A stretch of DNA of 64,000 nucleotides from Callorhinchus milii (Eukaryota). How positions within the stretch are numbered: the stretch's first letter is position 1; every line of letters starts with the position of its first letter. The translations under genes and the position numbers were made by a program. The notes below the pieces were generated by a model that did no database searches, was not told where the DNA came from, and saw only the letters and a list, made by a program, of their open reading frames with translations. The stretch lies in NCBI RefSeq assembly GCF_018977255.1, contig NW_024704743.1, positions 27,840,001 to 27,904,000 of the forward strand, read 5' to 3'. Below, piece by piece: positions 51,109 through 64,000 of the stretch.

Positions 51109-51766
51109 CCCCAAATAATCAGCTTCCAAGTTAAAACAGAATTTTCCAAAATTTTGCAGAACTTAAATTTTAGCATAATCATCTTAAGGCTAAGATCATG
51201 ATTATTTTCAGCGTTCTAGAGTCTCGTGCCCTGATGCCAACTACTGGGTATTTCCAAAGTTAGAGACGGATCAGTTTAACCTGCACAGTATGCATTTGCA
51301 GACATGTAGGTTACACTGATTATTTTGTACCTGTACACAAGCAGGTTTCACACACAAAATCTTGTTATAGTTTGGAATGTTGTTGGATAGGATTAGTTCA
51401 TTGAATGACCAAACTTCAGATTTCCATTCACAAAGCAGAGTACAGATCATTTGCTTCCTTTGATTGTTTGAACTATTTGATTGTTTTATAACCTCACGTG
51501 GGGTCTGCATTCTACAGATTGAGGTAATAAGCATCATTACCAAAGACCAGGAAGTTAGATAATTTCCAGAGGGTTAGATAAAGTACATTATAAGATGGTC
51601 ACAATGAATGCACAATGGCCAGCAGCAGGCAAGTCACTTGTAGGTATTTAAACGAATGTGTCTAGCTTCCCCAATTCCCAAGTAGATTAATCCATTGAGG
51701 ACTAATCCATACATACCATAACATTGGAAGGTCCCCATCCTGCCTGTGCTGAGTTAGCTGGCATCA

Positions 51767-52240
51767 GGTGTCAGCCTGGCTCAGTTACTAGCACTTTGCC
51801 ACAGAATCAGGAGTTCATGGGTTCAAGCCCCATATCAAGACTTTGAAATCACAGTCTAGGCTGACACTTGAATACAATCAGTTTATATCTAATATAGAAA
51901 ATGTTCTGAGTAGATGGAGCAATGGTGAAAGATGCTGGGAGTGCTGTATTGTCGGAGGTGCCATCCTTCGGATGAGACAATAAACCAAAGTCTGGTCTGC
52001 TTATTTAGCTGGACGTTAAATTCTGGCACTACTCGAAAAGAGAAGGGAATTTCTCCCAGTATCCTGGTCAACAATTTCCCAAATAAAAATTGGTCACTCA
52101 CTCCACAGCTGTTTGTGGGACATTGTGTGCAATTGGCTGTCATGTTTGCCTGAGAATAGTTACTCCAGTTTACAGTAAATCCTGTGAAGTGCTTTGAAAC
52201 AACCTTCCAACGTGATAAGGCGCTATACCAAATGCAAGGA
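51767..52240 (+). mobile_element. SacSINE1/DeuSINE-like SINE, full length
   Basis: GGTGTCAGCCTGGCTCAGTT head, GGGTTCAAGCCC box B, Deu domain, tail. Confidence 0.9.
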
Positions 52241-52255
52241 AATGCAAGGATTATT

Positions 52256-52742
52256 ATAATAATAATAATTGCATTTGATGTAGCGCTTTTCACATCTTCT
52301 AGACGTCTCAAAGCACTTCACAGAGTATACTGTAAACTGAATTGACTGTATATTTTGTGAGGGGAAATGCGATAGCAAATTGCACACAGCAGTGTCCCAC
52401 AGTCGTGGATTGAGTGACCAAATTATTATTGCTTTTTTTGAGGGATTATACTGTAAACTGCATACTGTCAAGTGAATTTACTGTATATTTTGTGGGGGAA
52501 ATGCGATAGCCAATTGCGCACAGCAGTGTCCCACAAACAGTCGTGGATTGAGTGACCAAATTATTATTGGGTTTTTTTGAGGGATTATTATCCCCAGAAA
52601 AGCGATCCGGCAATCGACTAATAACCAGGTTCCTACTTACTGCTCGGTAAATAGAGGTGTGTAGAGTAAGGAAACTTGCCCAACATTTCGCCCTGCCGGG
52701 AATTGAACCCTTGCGAGGTGAGGCTCTAACTACAGGACTCCA
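52256..52742 (-). mobile_element. tRNA-SINE long variant with internal tandem duplication of the body
   Basis: Segment ATACTGTAAACTG...GAGGGATTA occurs twice (about 52327-52448 and 52449-52586). Confidence 0.9.
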
Positions 52743-53284
52743 GAAGCATACATTCTGCTTCAAAAATGCAAGTTGTTGTTTATAAATACAAGTTATTGTT
52801 ATTGTTGTTGACATTAAGCATTTTTCTCACGATAGGATTCTATAAAAATTGTGCTTTATAGGTGGTATCAAGCTCCACAAAAATCACTAGCTCACAAATT
52901 AACTTGTTTTCTGGCTCCACAGAATAAAGAACACTACCCCATGAAAATAATATGTCCATTAAATGATCTTCCACTTAGCCACACAAAACGTAACATCCTC
53001 AAAAAGGATCCTGTTTCAAACACAATTTTGGGTGAGTGAGAATTGTTTAGTAATAATCTTTTTAAAATGTATCAAATTCAATTGAATGGGATGACAAATC
53101 AAAAACAAAGCAAGCTGGAGTATCGCCAGCCCGCAGTGAGGCCTGCCTCTGCAAGTTCCAGTTGTACATCTGAGTCTCGCGCTGTCACCCTTCCCATCAC
53201 ACACACACATTGATGCAGAGTGTATGCTTCCCTCTTTCACCCACCATTGCTCTATCTATCCAGAGAATTGTCTATTTCCATATA

Positions 53285-53645
53285 CAATACAATACAAATT
53301 TACATTTATACAGCGCTTTTCACATCAGGAGGAGATACCAATGCCATGGACAGTCCAGAGTTTGCACCTGAGCTGGGGGTTGGGTGGCAAGGGGTAGGAT
53401 GTAAGGTGGCCGAAGCCATGGTCAAAGAGGAAGGTCTTGGTGTTCACTTGGGACGTCCTCCCGATGTGAAAGACGCTATACAAATGTAATGTTGTTGTTG
53501 ACCTTGAAGGAGATGAGGGAAGAGGTGAGTTTAAGAGACTTGTGGATGGAGTTCTAGAGATTGGGGGCAGATACGTTGAAAGACGAACTGCTGATGATGG
53601 GGTGGGTGGGATTGGGGGACATGAAGCAGGCTAGTGCCCATAGGT
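53285..53645 (-). mobile_element. L2 3' fragment with a second, opposite-strand L2 tail nested at about 53445-53500
   Basis: Host sequence GAAGGTCTTG...ACCTTGAAGG interrupted by CTTGGGACGTCCTCCCGATGTGAAAGACGCTATACAAAT(GTT)n. Confidence 0.8.
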
Positions 53646-54489
53646 CTGTTTGCCACAAGGGATCCTTGTGAATTACGATAACAACTACTTTCAAATATAC
53701 CAAGGAAACAGAACCAGAAGTTACTTTGAAGAGTAGTTGTAGGAGAAACATCAGGAAGCTGTTCTTTACACAGATGGTGGAACACTAAGAAGGGCACTGA
53801 ACTTAATTAGGTAACAGTTTGATGCTGGAGTGATCCAACAGAAAGGTGAGTATTCAGGAAAGATGAGATACAATGAGCAAAGGTTTTCTTTATCCAGTCA
53901 ATGAGGGCAGAGAGCATCAATTTAATATTGTTAGCATGGAAGGCAAGGGGGAGATGAGGAAGAGTTATTAGGATGTGGAATGTCATGTTGCATGTGGTAG
54001 TTGATGCAGAATCCATATTATTTTTTTCAATTTAGAATTACATATTTATCTAAAATAATTAATTAGCAGTAAATCACCTCACTACTATACCCGTGTCACT
54101 CTAGTGCTCTATTTACATAAATTCATTCAGTGCCCCTTCCTTGGTGTCCCAGCCTGTGCCTTATGTAACAGAATGGCTTTCTTCTGTCCTGTAAATTTTT
54201 ATGGCTCTGTGGTACATCTGAACCTCCGTTGTTATCTTGTGAACTCGGACTCAGAGTTGTCAATTCCAGAAATGAATGGTTGAAGTAATTGGACAAAATT
54301 AACCAACTATAATCCTGTAAATTCCTTTAATTTCACCCATGCAGAAGACAATCTAATTTTAGTTTCTAAAATTATTGTTGATCAACCTGTTTATCAAATA
54401 CCTTCAGGCAGATTTCATTTCTAAAACATGCAGGATAAAAAATAGAAAGTTCATAACAAAAAGGCTGCGCATCCACTTCCAAAATCCTT

Positions 54490-54880
54490 CTTAGTCAGAA
54501 GGTTGTGATTCAAATCTCATGCCTTGGAACTCATACAGCTTTGTTTGACACTGCAATACATTGCTGGGGATGTGCTGCATTGTTGGAGGTGCTGTCCTTC
54601 AGATAAAATGCTACAAAGTGAGGCCCCACCTCCGTGTTCAGGTGAATGTAAAGATCCCAAAGCTATATTCAAAAACTATTAAAGAAGTGAAGGGAGGTTC
54701 TCCCAATGTCCTGGCCAACAATCCCCCAAATAAATTGGTTATTTACTTCATGACTGTATTGGCTGCTGCATTCGTCCACAAAGCACATAGTCATTCACCT
54801 TCAAAGTAAATCCTGTGAAGCGCTTTGAGACATACTTCTGACATCAAAAGCTCTATATCAAACGCAAGGATTATTATTGT
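54490..54880 (+). mobile_element. SacSINE1-like SINE
   Basis: AGTCAGAAGGTTGTG head remnant, Deu domain, tail. Confidence 0.82.
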
Positions 54881-55834
54881 TAAAATAATTTGAGCATTTT
54901 AGACCCTGAAAAGTCAGTGTGATTTGGGGGATTTTAATGTTACTGTGAGATCAGGCGATATAATAATAATACTAATAATAATCCTTGCGTTTGATATAGT
55001 GCTTTTCACATCTTAGAGATGTCTCAAAGAGCTTCACAGAATATACTGCAAAGTGAATTGATAGTACAGTTTGTGGGCGAAACATATGGGTGAGATGCAG
55101 CTTATATGTACCATTTATCACTATTGTTAGCTTACAATTCTCGGCTTCTTCGAATGCCATTATTCTGCATGATAATGATCACTCTTTCCAGTGCTCCGAG
55201 ATGCTATCCTGCATGAAGGCTGCTACAAAAATGTAAGTTGTTGTTGTTGGGCAGAATAAAGTGACAGAACCATCAAACTTCAAAACAAGGCTATTATTTT
55301 GCATTCTGAGCTGAAGACTTGGGTTATTTGACACTATCGGAGACTTGATGGTTGTCCAACAGATGTGAATATCTTAAATCAACAATCATTTCTGCTAAAA
55401 TATTTTTACTTGGAAATCCCATTATAAAGACTTAGTGAAAAAGATAGTTATTAACATAGTGGCTATTGAGGTTCCATGAATAGAATCATTCAAAAGTGTA
55501 ATGGATAAGTAGTTAAGCAGTAAAAATATTAATTATTTTTAAGGAAAGAGCTGGGAAGCAGAATTAATAAAAGGGACGACTTAACAGAACAAAGGAATCA
55601 GTGAAACAGACACGATGGGCCAAATGGCCTTCTTCTTTGCTGAAAATGTCTAGGTTCAGTGCAGAGCATGTGATACAGAGAGGGGGAGTGCAAATTACAC
55701 TACTAACAAGATTTTTTTCAGGCTTCATTAATAAAAGACTAGTTCTTGGCAATGAAGCCAAACTTTTCAAAGTGAATGGGAGTTCATTAACAGAAATGAT
55801 TGATCACTATCTTGCATTTACAAAATTAGCACGT

Positions 55835-56063
55835 TCAAAGTTAGCGGGGAAAAAAAGGTTGTGATATGATCAAATGTGACCTAATTATCACATTAGCCAA
55901 CAATGTAGTCAAAGTTATCTCTGGCTTTGTGGTGGAGGGAATTGGGAGGTGGGGAGGGGGGGGGGGGGGGGGTTGTTTCCCCTTAGACCAATGATAACTT
56001 TCGACAGAACTGATTGATAGGTAATATTGTCACATTTCACATTCCTCCCCCCATAACTTGTGC
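55835..56063. mobile_element. Decayed palindromic (MITE-like) element with central G-run
   Basis: Nested inverted matches AAGTTAGCGGGG/CCCCCATAACTT, AAATGTGAC/GTCACATTT, GTCAAAGTTATC/GATAACTTTCGAC. Confidence 0.6.
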
Positions 56064-57047
56064 AAGACCCTTTTCCAGAATCGTGCAGCACAAGTCAAAA
56101 GTAGCCAACACTTCGCTATATAGACTGGAGCCAGCAAACTCATTCAATCTCAGTCTATGGAGATGATGCTGAGTGTAAACCAATGATCTCAGACTTTGGT
56201 TATGGAGTACTAAAACACCTCTATCGTTTTTGGAAATGAATCAGTAGTTCAACACTTTAGCCTGATCTACACCTAGTATTTGTGTGTAGATGATACCTAC
56301 AGAAACACATTGTCAATTTAGTTATCGGTATAGATTAGTAGATTAGTACTCCAATACATGCTGAGGAGTGGTGAAGTGCTATCCCATTACCTCAGAATAT
56401 GGTAGAGATGTACAGGCCTTATGCGCTAACACACTGTCTACACTGTCTGTCATAATCTCCGTCTGTGATTTAAAGCAAAAAAAAACACGGTTTATTTTAA
56501 TTGTTAACCAAATTGAAAATCTCTGAATTTTTATAGTGGATTTTGGTTTTAAACGACATCTTGACATGTGCTCCTTATGAGAATGCTAGGAATATGTAGT
56601 TAATCACTGCCGATTATGTTTTGTGTTTATATACATGGAGGGCCTGAAGATGCGCCTCACAGGACACTTGTGTTTCTGCCTTCGGGAAAGGAGGGGCATG
56701 AGATTCAAATTGAAAGGAAACCTGAAACCCCAAACAGCTCTCGGTGAGATTTTGAACGGGGGGAAGTTATAGATGCGGCGAACAACCTGCAGCCTGGATA
56801 ATCTAAAAAAATGATTTGATTTACCTTTTGAGGACTGCCCTGTTGGAGAGTTGAGATGTTTGATTCAAATTGAGGCTCTGTTCAGGATTGGAAAAGGCAT
56901 TCAAAACAAAATGCAGAAATGTATAAAAACTGTGCTCTGTCCAAAGGGGGATTTTTCAAGAGATTCAGGGGAATGAATTTATTGTATTAATCGGTCACAA
57001 ACAGGATCAGGCTCTAATGAGCTGGTTGGGGAGGTGAATGTTCTTTT

Positions 57048-57470
57048 TCAGCCTGGTCTATTGGTAGCACTCTCACCTCCGAGTCAGAAGGTTGTGAGTT
57101 CAAGCCCCGTATCAAGACTTTGATCTAGGTCTAGCCCTGCACTCCAGTGCATTGTTGGAGGAGGGCTGCATTGTCAGAGATGCAGTCCTGTAGATGCAAC
57201 GTTAAACTGAGGTCCTGTCTGGCTGTTTAAGTAAATGTGAAAGATCCCTTACATTTTTCGTAAAGCGAAGGGAGATTTTCCTGGTGTCCTGGCCAACAAT
57301 CCAATAGATAGAATTGGTCACTCACTCCACGGCTGTTTGTGGGATATTATTGTGCACAAATTGGCTGCTGAATTCACCTGTAAATAAATACACAGTTACT
57401 ACACTTTACAGTAAATAGTGTGAAGAGATTTGAGACAGCGTGACAATGTGAAAAGGCAAGGATTATTATA
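57048..57470 (+). mobile_element. SacSINE1/DeuSINE-like SINE, full length
   Basis: TTGGTAGCACTCTCACCTCCGAGTCAGAAGGTTGTGAGTTCAAGCCC head and Deu body. Confidence 0.88.
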
Positions 57471-57930
57471 TATTTATATAGCTCCTTTCACATTGGGAGG
57501 ATGTCACAAGGTGCTCAATAATACTTTCTTGGTACCTGAGCTGAGGGTGGGAGCTGAGAGGGTTCAAAGATGATCAAACGCACGGTCAAAGAGATGAATC
57601 TTGAGATGGACCTTGAATAGGGTGAGGGAGTGAGCAAGTCGGAGGGACTTCGGAATGGATTTCCAGGGAGTGCGGATAGATAGGTTGCAGGCTCCCGCTG
57701 ATGGTGGGACAGATATGGTGGGGGGTGTGAAGCAGGCTGGTGCCTGATGAGTGAAGGTGACAGCCAGATCGATATGGTTTGAGGAGATGATGGAGGTAGA
57801 CCACTGAAGGATTTAAAGGTGAGAATGAGAATCTTGAACACGATCCACTGGGGAATGGTGAGCTAATGGGTGTAAGCTCACGGAGATTAGTGGAAACGGG
57901 AACAGGCTGCAGAGTTCTGGATAGTCTGGA
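57470..57930 (-). mobile_element. L2 3' fragment
   Basis: Minus translation FKILILTFKSF, matching other L2 copies. Confidence 0.85.
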
Positions 57931-60574
57931 GCTTGTCAAATTAACGCAATTCCTAAAGGTCAAGCATTCTTAGTGTCCTGGAATAAAGTGCTCATTAATT
58001 CATCTTTCACTACAACATCTTAAAGATATAATAGGCCAGACACTACTCCCAGTGCAGCATTGCAAAAGGCTACTTGTGAGTCTCACACAATTAGCAGGGA
58101 ATCTGAGCTTCTGTTCACATCAGCGCTCTTCCTCAATACCCCTCCCCCTCTGTTTCCACTGTAAGCACCACAGCTCAGCAGATGGGGAAAGGGGGAATGT
58201 GCCCTCCCTCTCTACCTCGTTTTTTTTTAAATTCTGAGAGTAACTAGTCGGTGTCTCCAACTGTTCAAGTATATAACACTGTCTAAAAGTACTGAGTTCT
58301 TGGAATATTCAGAGCCAAGTGAAAAAAAACTTTGGACCCGAGCCACATGGCAACCCGCAAAGTTTGTCTGGGAGCATCTGGCTCCTTCAGAATAACATCT
58401 TAGGAGACAAGTTGAAACATATTGCAGTGAGACCAGAGTGTTGCAGGTTACTGAGTCAAAGATCTGGTGGAGGAGAGATAGGAAGCAGCAAAGAGTGGTA
58501 CATTAACATGAGAGGTGTTGTTCTTCCTCATTATCTTCCTCATTAATACCCTATCTATTGACAGACTTATGGATATCCCATACTAATCCTGGTGAAGTGT
58601 TTTTCATGCCAGGAGGACATCCCAAAGTGCTTTATAGGATATATTGTGTTTTGTGGGTGAACGGCACTATACCAAATAGGAGGATTATTTTGCTGATATT
58701 GCTAATCTCACGTTAGACAACAATAGAGACTTGACCTAAGGAAACTGTGGGTTATATATTGGATCCTATTTGTACATTACCTGTATACAACCCAAATGTA
58801 CACTCCTTCAATGTGGCAAAATCTCCAGTTGATCTATTGAGACCAAATGCTCTGTGAGATTCATCTTCTGCTACTGCAAGCGAGCAAGATTCTTTGTATT
58901 CTCTACGAAATCCTATTCAAATGCTACTCAGCAATGCAGATTTTCTGTGCTGTGCTCAGTACCTTACACTAGTTGTGTTGTATGCTAACTGTCTGGCCAG
59001 CAGATTCTTTATTTTTAATGTAATATTCATCATGTTGGAATGCTGCTCTCTTCGTACCTCCTGCCTCTGATCCTGCGTCAAATAAGCTGTGCAGTATTCA
59101 GTCAGCCAACTGTAATTAAAGAAAGCTTACGTTATTTTTGACACTGCTGCTAATTGAACACAGGGATAGCATCTTTGTAAAATAAATAGCACATCAGTTA
59201 CTGAACAAGGGAAAGAATCCTCGAATACCAAATCCACTGAGCTTTGCTGTGTGCAGTCCAGCAAGGTTTAATCTCGTCCTGTCTTTCACATGCACTGTGC
59301 AATGACTGGAGACGGATTTTTTGGTTCATATGTTTATTTGTAATGTGGTGAGGCTGTCTCGTGTCATGGGAAAGGAACCTTGGTTCAGCTTGTGGCATTT
59401 CAGTGTTTGTTGCACACCTTGCTGTGCAGAAGGTTTCCCCTGCAGTGTTGCTTGATAGTGCAAGACTATTACAATATTCTGTTTATATCCCCAACCATTT
59501 ACTTTGAGTTTCAGTACCATGTTCCATTTCCTCATCATGTCTGTACCATTTTCCCCTCCAGGAATATATATAAATAAATAATCCTTGCATTTGATATTAT
59601 GCCTTATCATAATTGTGGAGACTTCTCAAAGTACTTCACAGGATAGTAAAATGGTGTGACTGTGTATTTTGTGGGCTTTGAATCTCTGTTCACTAGAGGA
59701 ATTTTAATCCTCTGTTAGACAGGGTGCATAATGTTTCATTTAAGCACTCCCTTTCTTCCCTCCGGTAGACTAGGCTCATAATTAGGGCTTCTGATTTTGG
59801 GGGGTTATTAATTTGGTTTTTTGGAGTGTATTTTAGCAATTTAAGTGTTTATAAATCTGGGGTTTCAGGACTTCCATTACTGTAATGAGAAGACGTGTTT
59901 CTGCATGTGCAACAGCAACAACAAATTTATGTTCAGTAGCCATTTCCAGTATTTTTCCTGTGTTTATTGGATAAACAGCAATTTAATTTTTTGGGGCATA
60001 TGGAAATGTTTTATTACCAGTTGAAACCGACAGTCAGCAGCCCTAGTGTTACTCAGAATGCCCGCTTTTGTCATGTGACCCAAATAAAATGCTGTTAGCT
60101 AATATTGTTATAACAGAGAATATGAATTCCCATGATAAACTTTAAATAAATATAACTAGTACTTCAACAACAACAATGTGCATTTACATAGCACCCCTCA
60201 GACAGGGTTGTGTCCATGAGCACTACTAACCTGTATTATAAATATCTTAGTACAGATTATAAAGGAGATGTTTTTTTAAGGAGCATCAAATGAAACACCC
60301 TTCATTTATGTTCTCTGACTCCTGTACTCTGTGTTGCGTTAATATTCTGCATATGTGCACTGAATTTTCCAGGCAGGAGCCTTTGATTATTTCTCAGTTA
60401 AACCTGTCACGAAGGCCAAGCAGTAATATTCTCTTGTGAAGGTTAGAGCGTGCAAAATTGATAATCAGCAATATTCGATAGACTTCCTGACCCAAATAGA
60501 ATTAATGGGTGATTTTATGGGATTTCATAATTAGATCCTTTGAGGAAAAACTTATATTTATAGCATCGAGCCAT

Positions 60575-61000
60575 TTCTTAAATGAGTTCAGTGTGCTGGC
60601 CCTGACCAACCATAATGTCCAGATAACCAGCTCCAGCTGTTATTTAGCCTAGGTGTGACAAAATGCTTCATGATATCTGCCCTAAAATTGTTTTCAGCAA
60701 CCTTCAACCTGTGACCTCTTGTTCTGCTGCCTTTGCAAATCTGAAAATTCAGATACGCCAAAGCACCAGGACAAGAGAGGACTGGGTTCAAGATTGCAAA
60801 GGGCAATTTCAAAACGGGCATCAGAAAATATTTATTTACATCAAGGACAATTGATGACTGAAAAGGGTTACCAGGAAGGGTCATTGAGACTAGAATGCTG
60901 AGTTACGAAACAGCTTGAAGCTGTAATGGGAGAATGGTAGGGTGGGTATTCTTGACAGATGAGATTAAATGGTTTGTTGGGGCCTTCTTCATTCAATTGT
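60575..61000. mobile_element. Two degraded CR1 3' fragments in opposite orientation
   Basis: Minus SRTRGHRLKV...MKHF (60575-60730) and plus GCACCAGGACAAGAG...GGGCCTTCTTC (60760-61000). Confidence 0.65.
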
Positions 61001-61263
61001 CTCTTTTGAATTTTTTGTTCTGGATTTACCTTCTTGAATCCATTTAGCATTTTATAAACAGTGGAAACTCACTACTGAGGGTAGTTTGTAGACTGATCCA
61101 ATTTACGCTTCTTTAGGTGCCTCATTGGTGAATTTGAGATTGGCGTTACTATCAGTTTCAAATGAAAACATAACTATGAGTTGCCCTAAGTGTTCAGAAA
61201 ATGAGATTCAACTCACTCTCTAATAAGGTCCTCTCTGAGATTGCTCTTACATAGAATTTAGAG

Positions 61264-61446
61264 CAGTGCCGGCGAAACTACGTCCAAGAAGCACCGACTC
61301 CCCCACCGAACATTCGCACGAGTCTAGATAAGTCTGTGTTCGATAGATGGTGTGTTTCAATGTTTTTCTTGATTTAATAGTTATTGCTTTATGACACAAA
61401 TCAAGAAAAGTTATTTAGTTGGCGACAAAAATATTCGCCACCACTG
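61264..61446. mobile_element. hAT (Charlie-like) MITE, 183 bp
   Basis: 13-bp TIRs CAGTGCCGGCGAA / TTCGCCACCACTG (2 mismatches); 8-bp flanks ATTTAGAG / AGCTAGAG (6/8 identical, resembling the NTCTAGAN target). Confidence 0.7.
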
Positions 61447-62076
61447 AGCTAGAGCATCAAACCATGCTATTTGGCCCAATTGTTCTGTGCAGTTGTTTAT
61501 ACTCCAAATGAGCCTCTGCTCATCCTAATCTTCCCTCCGAAAGGCTAGAACCCTCACTAATGCACTAGTTCCCCATTGCTCATCCATCTTGCACTGGGAA
61601 TCAATCACATTTAAGAAAACCAGGAGAAAGTTCATGAACGTGTTGTAGTCTTGCAGTATGGCTGATGGCTACAAACTGCATGAACTTCACATTCGCTGCT
61701 TATGAAACCACTTAAACACATTGATTAGATTACAGTCACATAACTCACTTCCTGCTATTCATTATTCTGTATTGATGTAGTAATAGAGCTCATTATGAAG
61801 CTAACCACAGCTGAATTGCATTTGTCATATAAAAACACCAGGACTTCTTTACCCAAACAGTCTAGGTGTGAATAGCTGTAGGCTAATTTTTATGTATAGG
61901 CTCAGAAAAAGCATTACTGCAATATTAACCACCATCTTTCATCGCTTCCCTCCTTTTCTGGAACATTTCACTCTCCAGAGTTGGGTATACAGTGTTCATA
62001 AGCCGAAATCACTGTGACTGTGCTAACAGCAGCTTCTGATTGGCTAAATTTACTGCAACACCAAGTCCTTTACAGT

Positions 62077-62200
62077 CAACCAAACTCACTACAGCACCTT
62101 GACACCTCAACCAAACTCACTGCAGCACCTTGACACCTCAACCAAATGCACCACAGCACCTTGACACCTCAACCAAATGCACCACAGCACTGTCACACCT
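62077..62200. repeat. 31-bp minisatellite, 4 copies
   Basis: CAACCAAA(CT/TG)CAC..CAGCACCTTGACACCT x4. Confidence 0.95.
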
Positions 62201-62619
62201 TTAGGTAAGCAGAAGCTGAACTGCTCTAAGATGACGTAACCGGCCACAGAATGTTGGAATCGAGTTGATCCTCTGTGGCGTTCTCAATTGGCTTGTTGTT
62301 GAGCAAAGCGGATCTACAGTACTCCATGGATTGCTGATGATAGCCCACCAGCCTGACTTATTGGTAGGACTTGGTGGGCAAACTGGTCAATGAGGAGCAG
62401 GGATTCTTCCTACTCACCCCTGTTCACCCCACAAGCTGAAGTCCTAAAGGGTTGGATGGTGCCAACTGGACAAGCAGTGGGAAAACTTGCCAGACAGTCA
62501 ATGACAAGCTCTGCAATTTTAGTTGGTTAAACAACACCGTACCCCAGCGCACACTCTAGGGTCTCCAAGCCTTGGATCTTGACAACCTGTGCCTAATACC
62601 TCCCTAACCATCCCCATAC

Positions 62620-63000
62620 AACAATAACAACTTGCATTTATATAGCACCTTTCAGGCGGAGTGCTTAATGGTGGCGGAGTCTGACCCCGAGCCAGGGGGA
62701 GAAGGAGGGTGAAGCTTGATCAAAAAGGAAGGTCTTTAGGCGGAATTTGAAAGTGGGGTAGGAAGAGGCAAGGCAGAGGGATTGAGGGAGAGAGTTCCAG
62801 AGTTTCAGGGTGTAGTGGCTAAAGGCATGGCTACCGATGGTGGAGCAGAGAGGATGAGGGATGAACAGGAAGCTGGAGCCAGCTGAGCGGAGGCAGTGGG
62901 TGGGGGAGTGGGAGTATAAGCAAATCGGATAGGTAGGGAGGTGCAAGGGCATGGAAGGATTTGAAAACGAGTGAAAGGATCTTGAAATCGATCCGTTCAG
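62620..63000 (-). mobile_element. L2 3' fragment; a further + strand L2 tail lies at about 63045-63110
   Basis: Minus ERIDFKILSLVFKSFHALAPPYLSDLL and KLWNSLPQSL...FKFRLKTFLF. Confidence 0.92.
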
Positions 63001-64000
63001 TAATCTCTGATCCCAACTCGCAATTCTGGAGCGAACCCCTCATTGTCCAGGGCCTTGGGATGTCCTCCCGACTTGAAAGGTGCTATACAAATACAATCTG
63101 TTGTTGTTATGATAATACACTCTCCAGAGCTAGGTAAGGAGGGTGTTTCCTCTCAGGGAGAGAGTGCTCAAACATGTGAAATTTCCATGTGTAGGTGACA
63201 TACATGTGTGGAACTCTGTGTCCAGTTTGGATACTATTAAGCATGTTAATGGGTTTTCATCACCCGGCAGACCAAAAAAATTAAACTCACCAGGGCCTCA
63301 TCCATATTCCTAACTATAATTTTTGTACGAGGACTCCTGCTTAGTTGAAGCCCGTGGGAAGAAGTCACTTAGGTGGGAGAAGGCATAAATTATTTTCACA
63401 GGTTGAGAAGAAAAGCCACCAGAATCAAATGATTAACGTGATGATGAAAAACAAGGCAGTGGCACATCTGTTTGTTCAGTCCCAGAAGTCAGACCCATTT
63501 AACGGAAGTCCCTGAGGCCTAAACGTTTAACTGAAGTGAAGGTCTTCCGCTGGACCAGTGACTGATGAACAGTTCCCTTCGGGCACATATTTCATAGCTA
63601 CAGGGAAAGACAGTCTCTGAACACTGCAGTCTGTCAAATTTAGGCTGATGTATTACACAGATAACCCTTTGCTTACTGCTACTCAGGAGTATTCAGGAGA
63701 AAGGGCTTGCAAACATTTAAAAGAGAAGCACAACACTCTTAAAGTTGGGAATTCCTTCAGTCTCAAAGTGCTCAACATGTTGAAAGTCCCTTCAGTTTGC
63801 ATGAACTTGTCATTATATTTAAAAAATAAAGATTATTGACATCATATTTGTTCTTACTATTTCTATGAATTTGATACTGAACCAACCTAGCATGTTCTAA
63901 TTACTGGCAATTTGCTTTCCTTTCACCTACAAAAAACTCAGTCGATACACTTTATCCTGTGAAGTAGGAAGATCCCGATATAAATGCACCATATCCGATT

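Noticed and set aside
62077..62200. CRISPR-like array
   Set aside because: Units are contiguous with no unique spacers, and the context is eukaryotic

Overview
Repeat-rich, apparently non-coding (intronic or intergenic) vertebrate DNA. The SINE/LINE repertoire points to a cartilaginous fish, plausibly a holocephalan; this is inferred from remembered family consensus features, not from a database search. No protein-coding gene can be called with confidence, and nearly all listed ORFs are repeat-derived or chance. Main content: a young tRNA(Ala)-headed SINE (long and short variants), older SacSINE1/DeuSINE-like SINEs, an LF-SINE-like copy, and many 3' fragments of CR1 and L2 LINEs. Less common items: Penelope-like terminal fragments carrying a minimal hammerhead ribozyme core (one with a 14-bp target duplication and an internal inversion), a relic of a restriction-like-endonuclease (R4/Dong-type) retrotransposon, a Tigger/pogo-like and a hAT-like MITE, a 63-nt hairpin, minisatellites, enhancer-like blocks, and an unexplained degenerate ORF with telomere-like hexamers near 23.3-23.8 kb. 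Most repeat boundaries are approximate.
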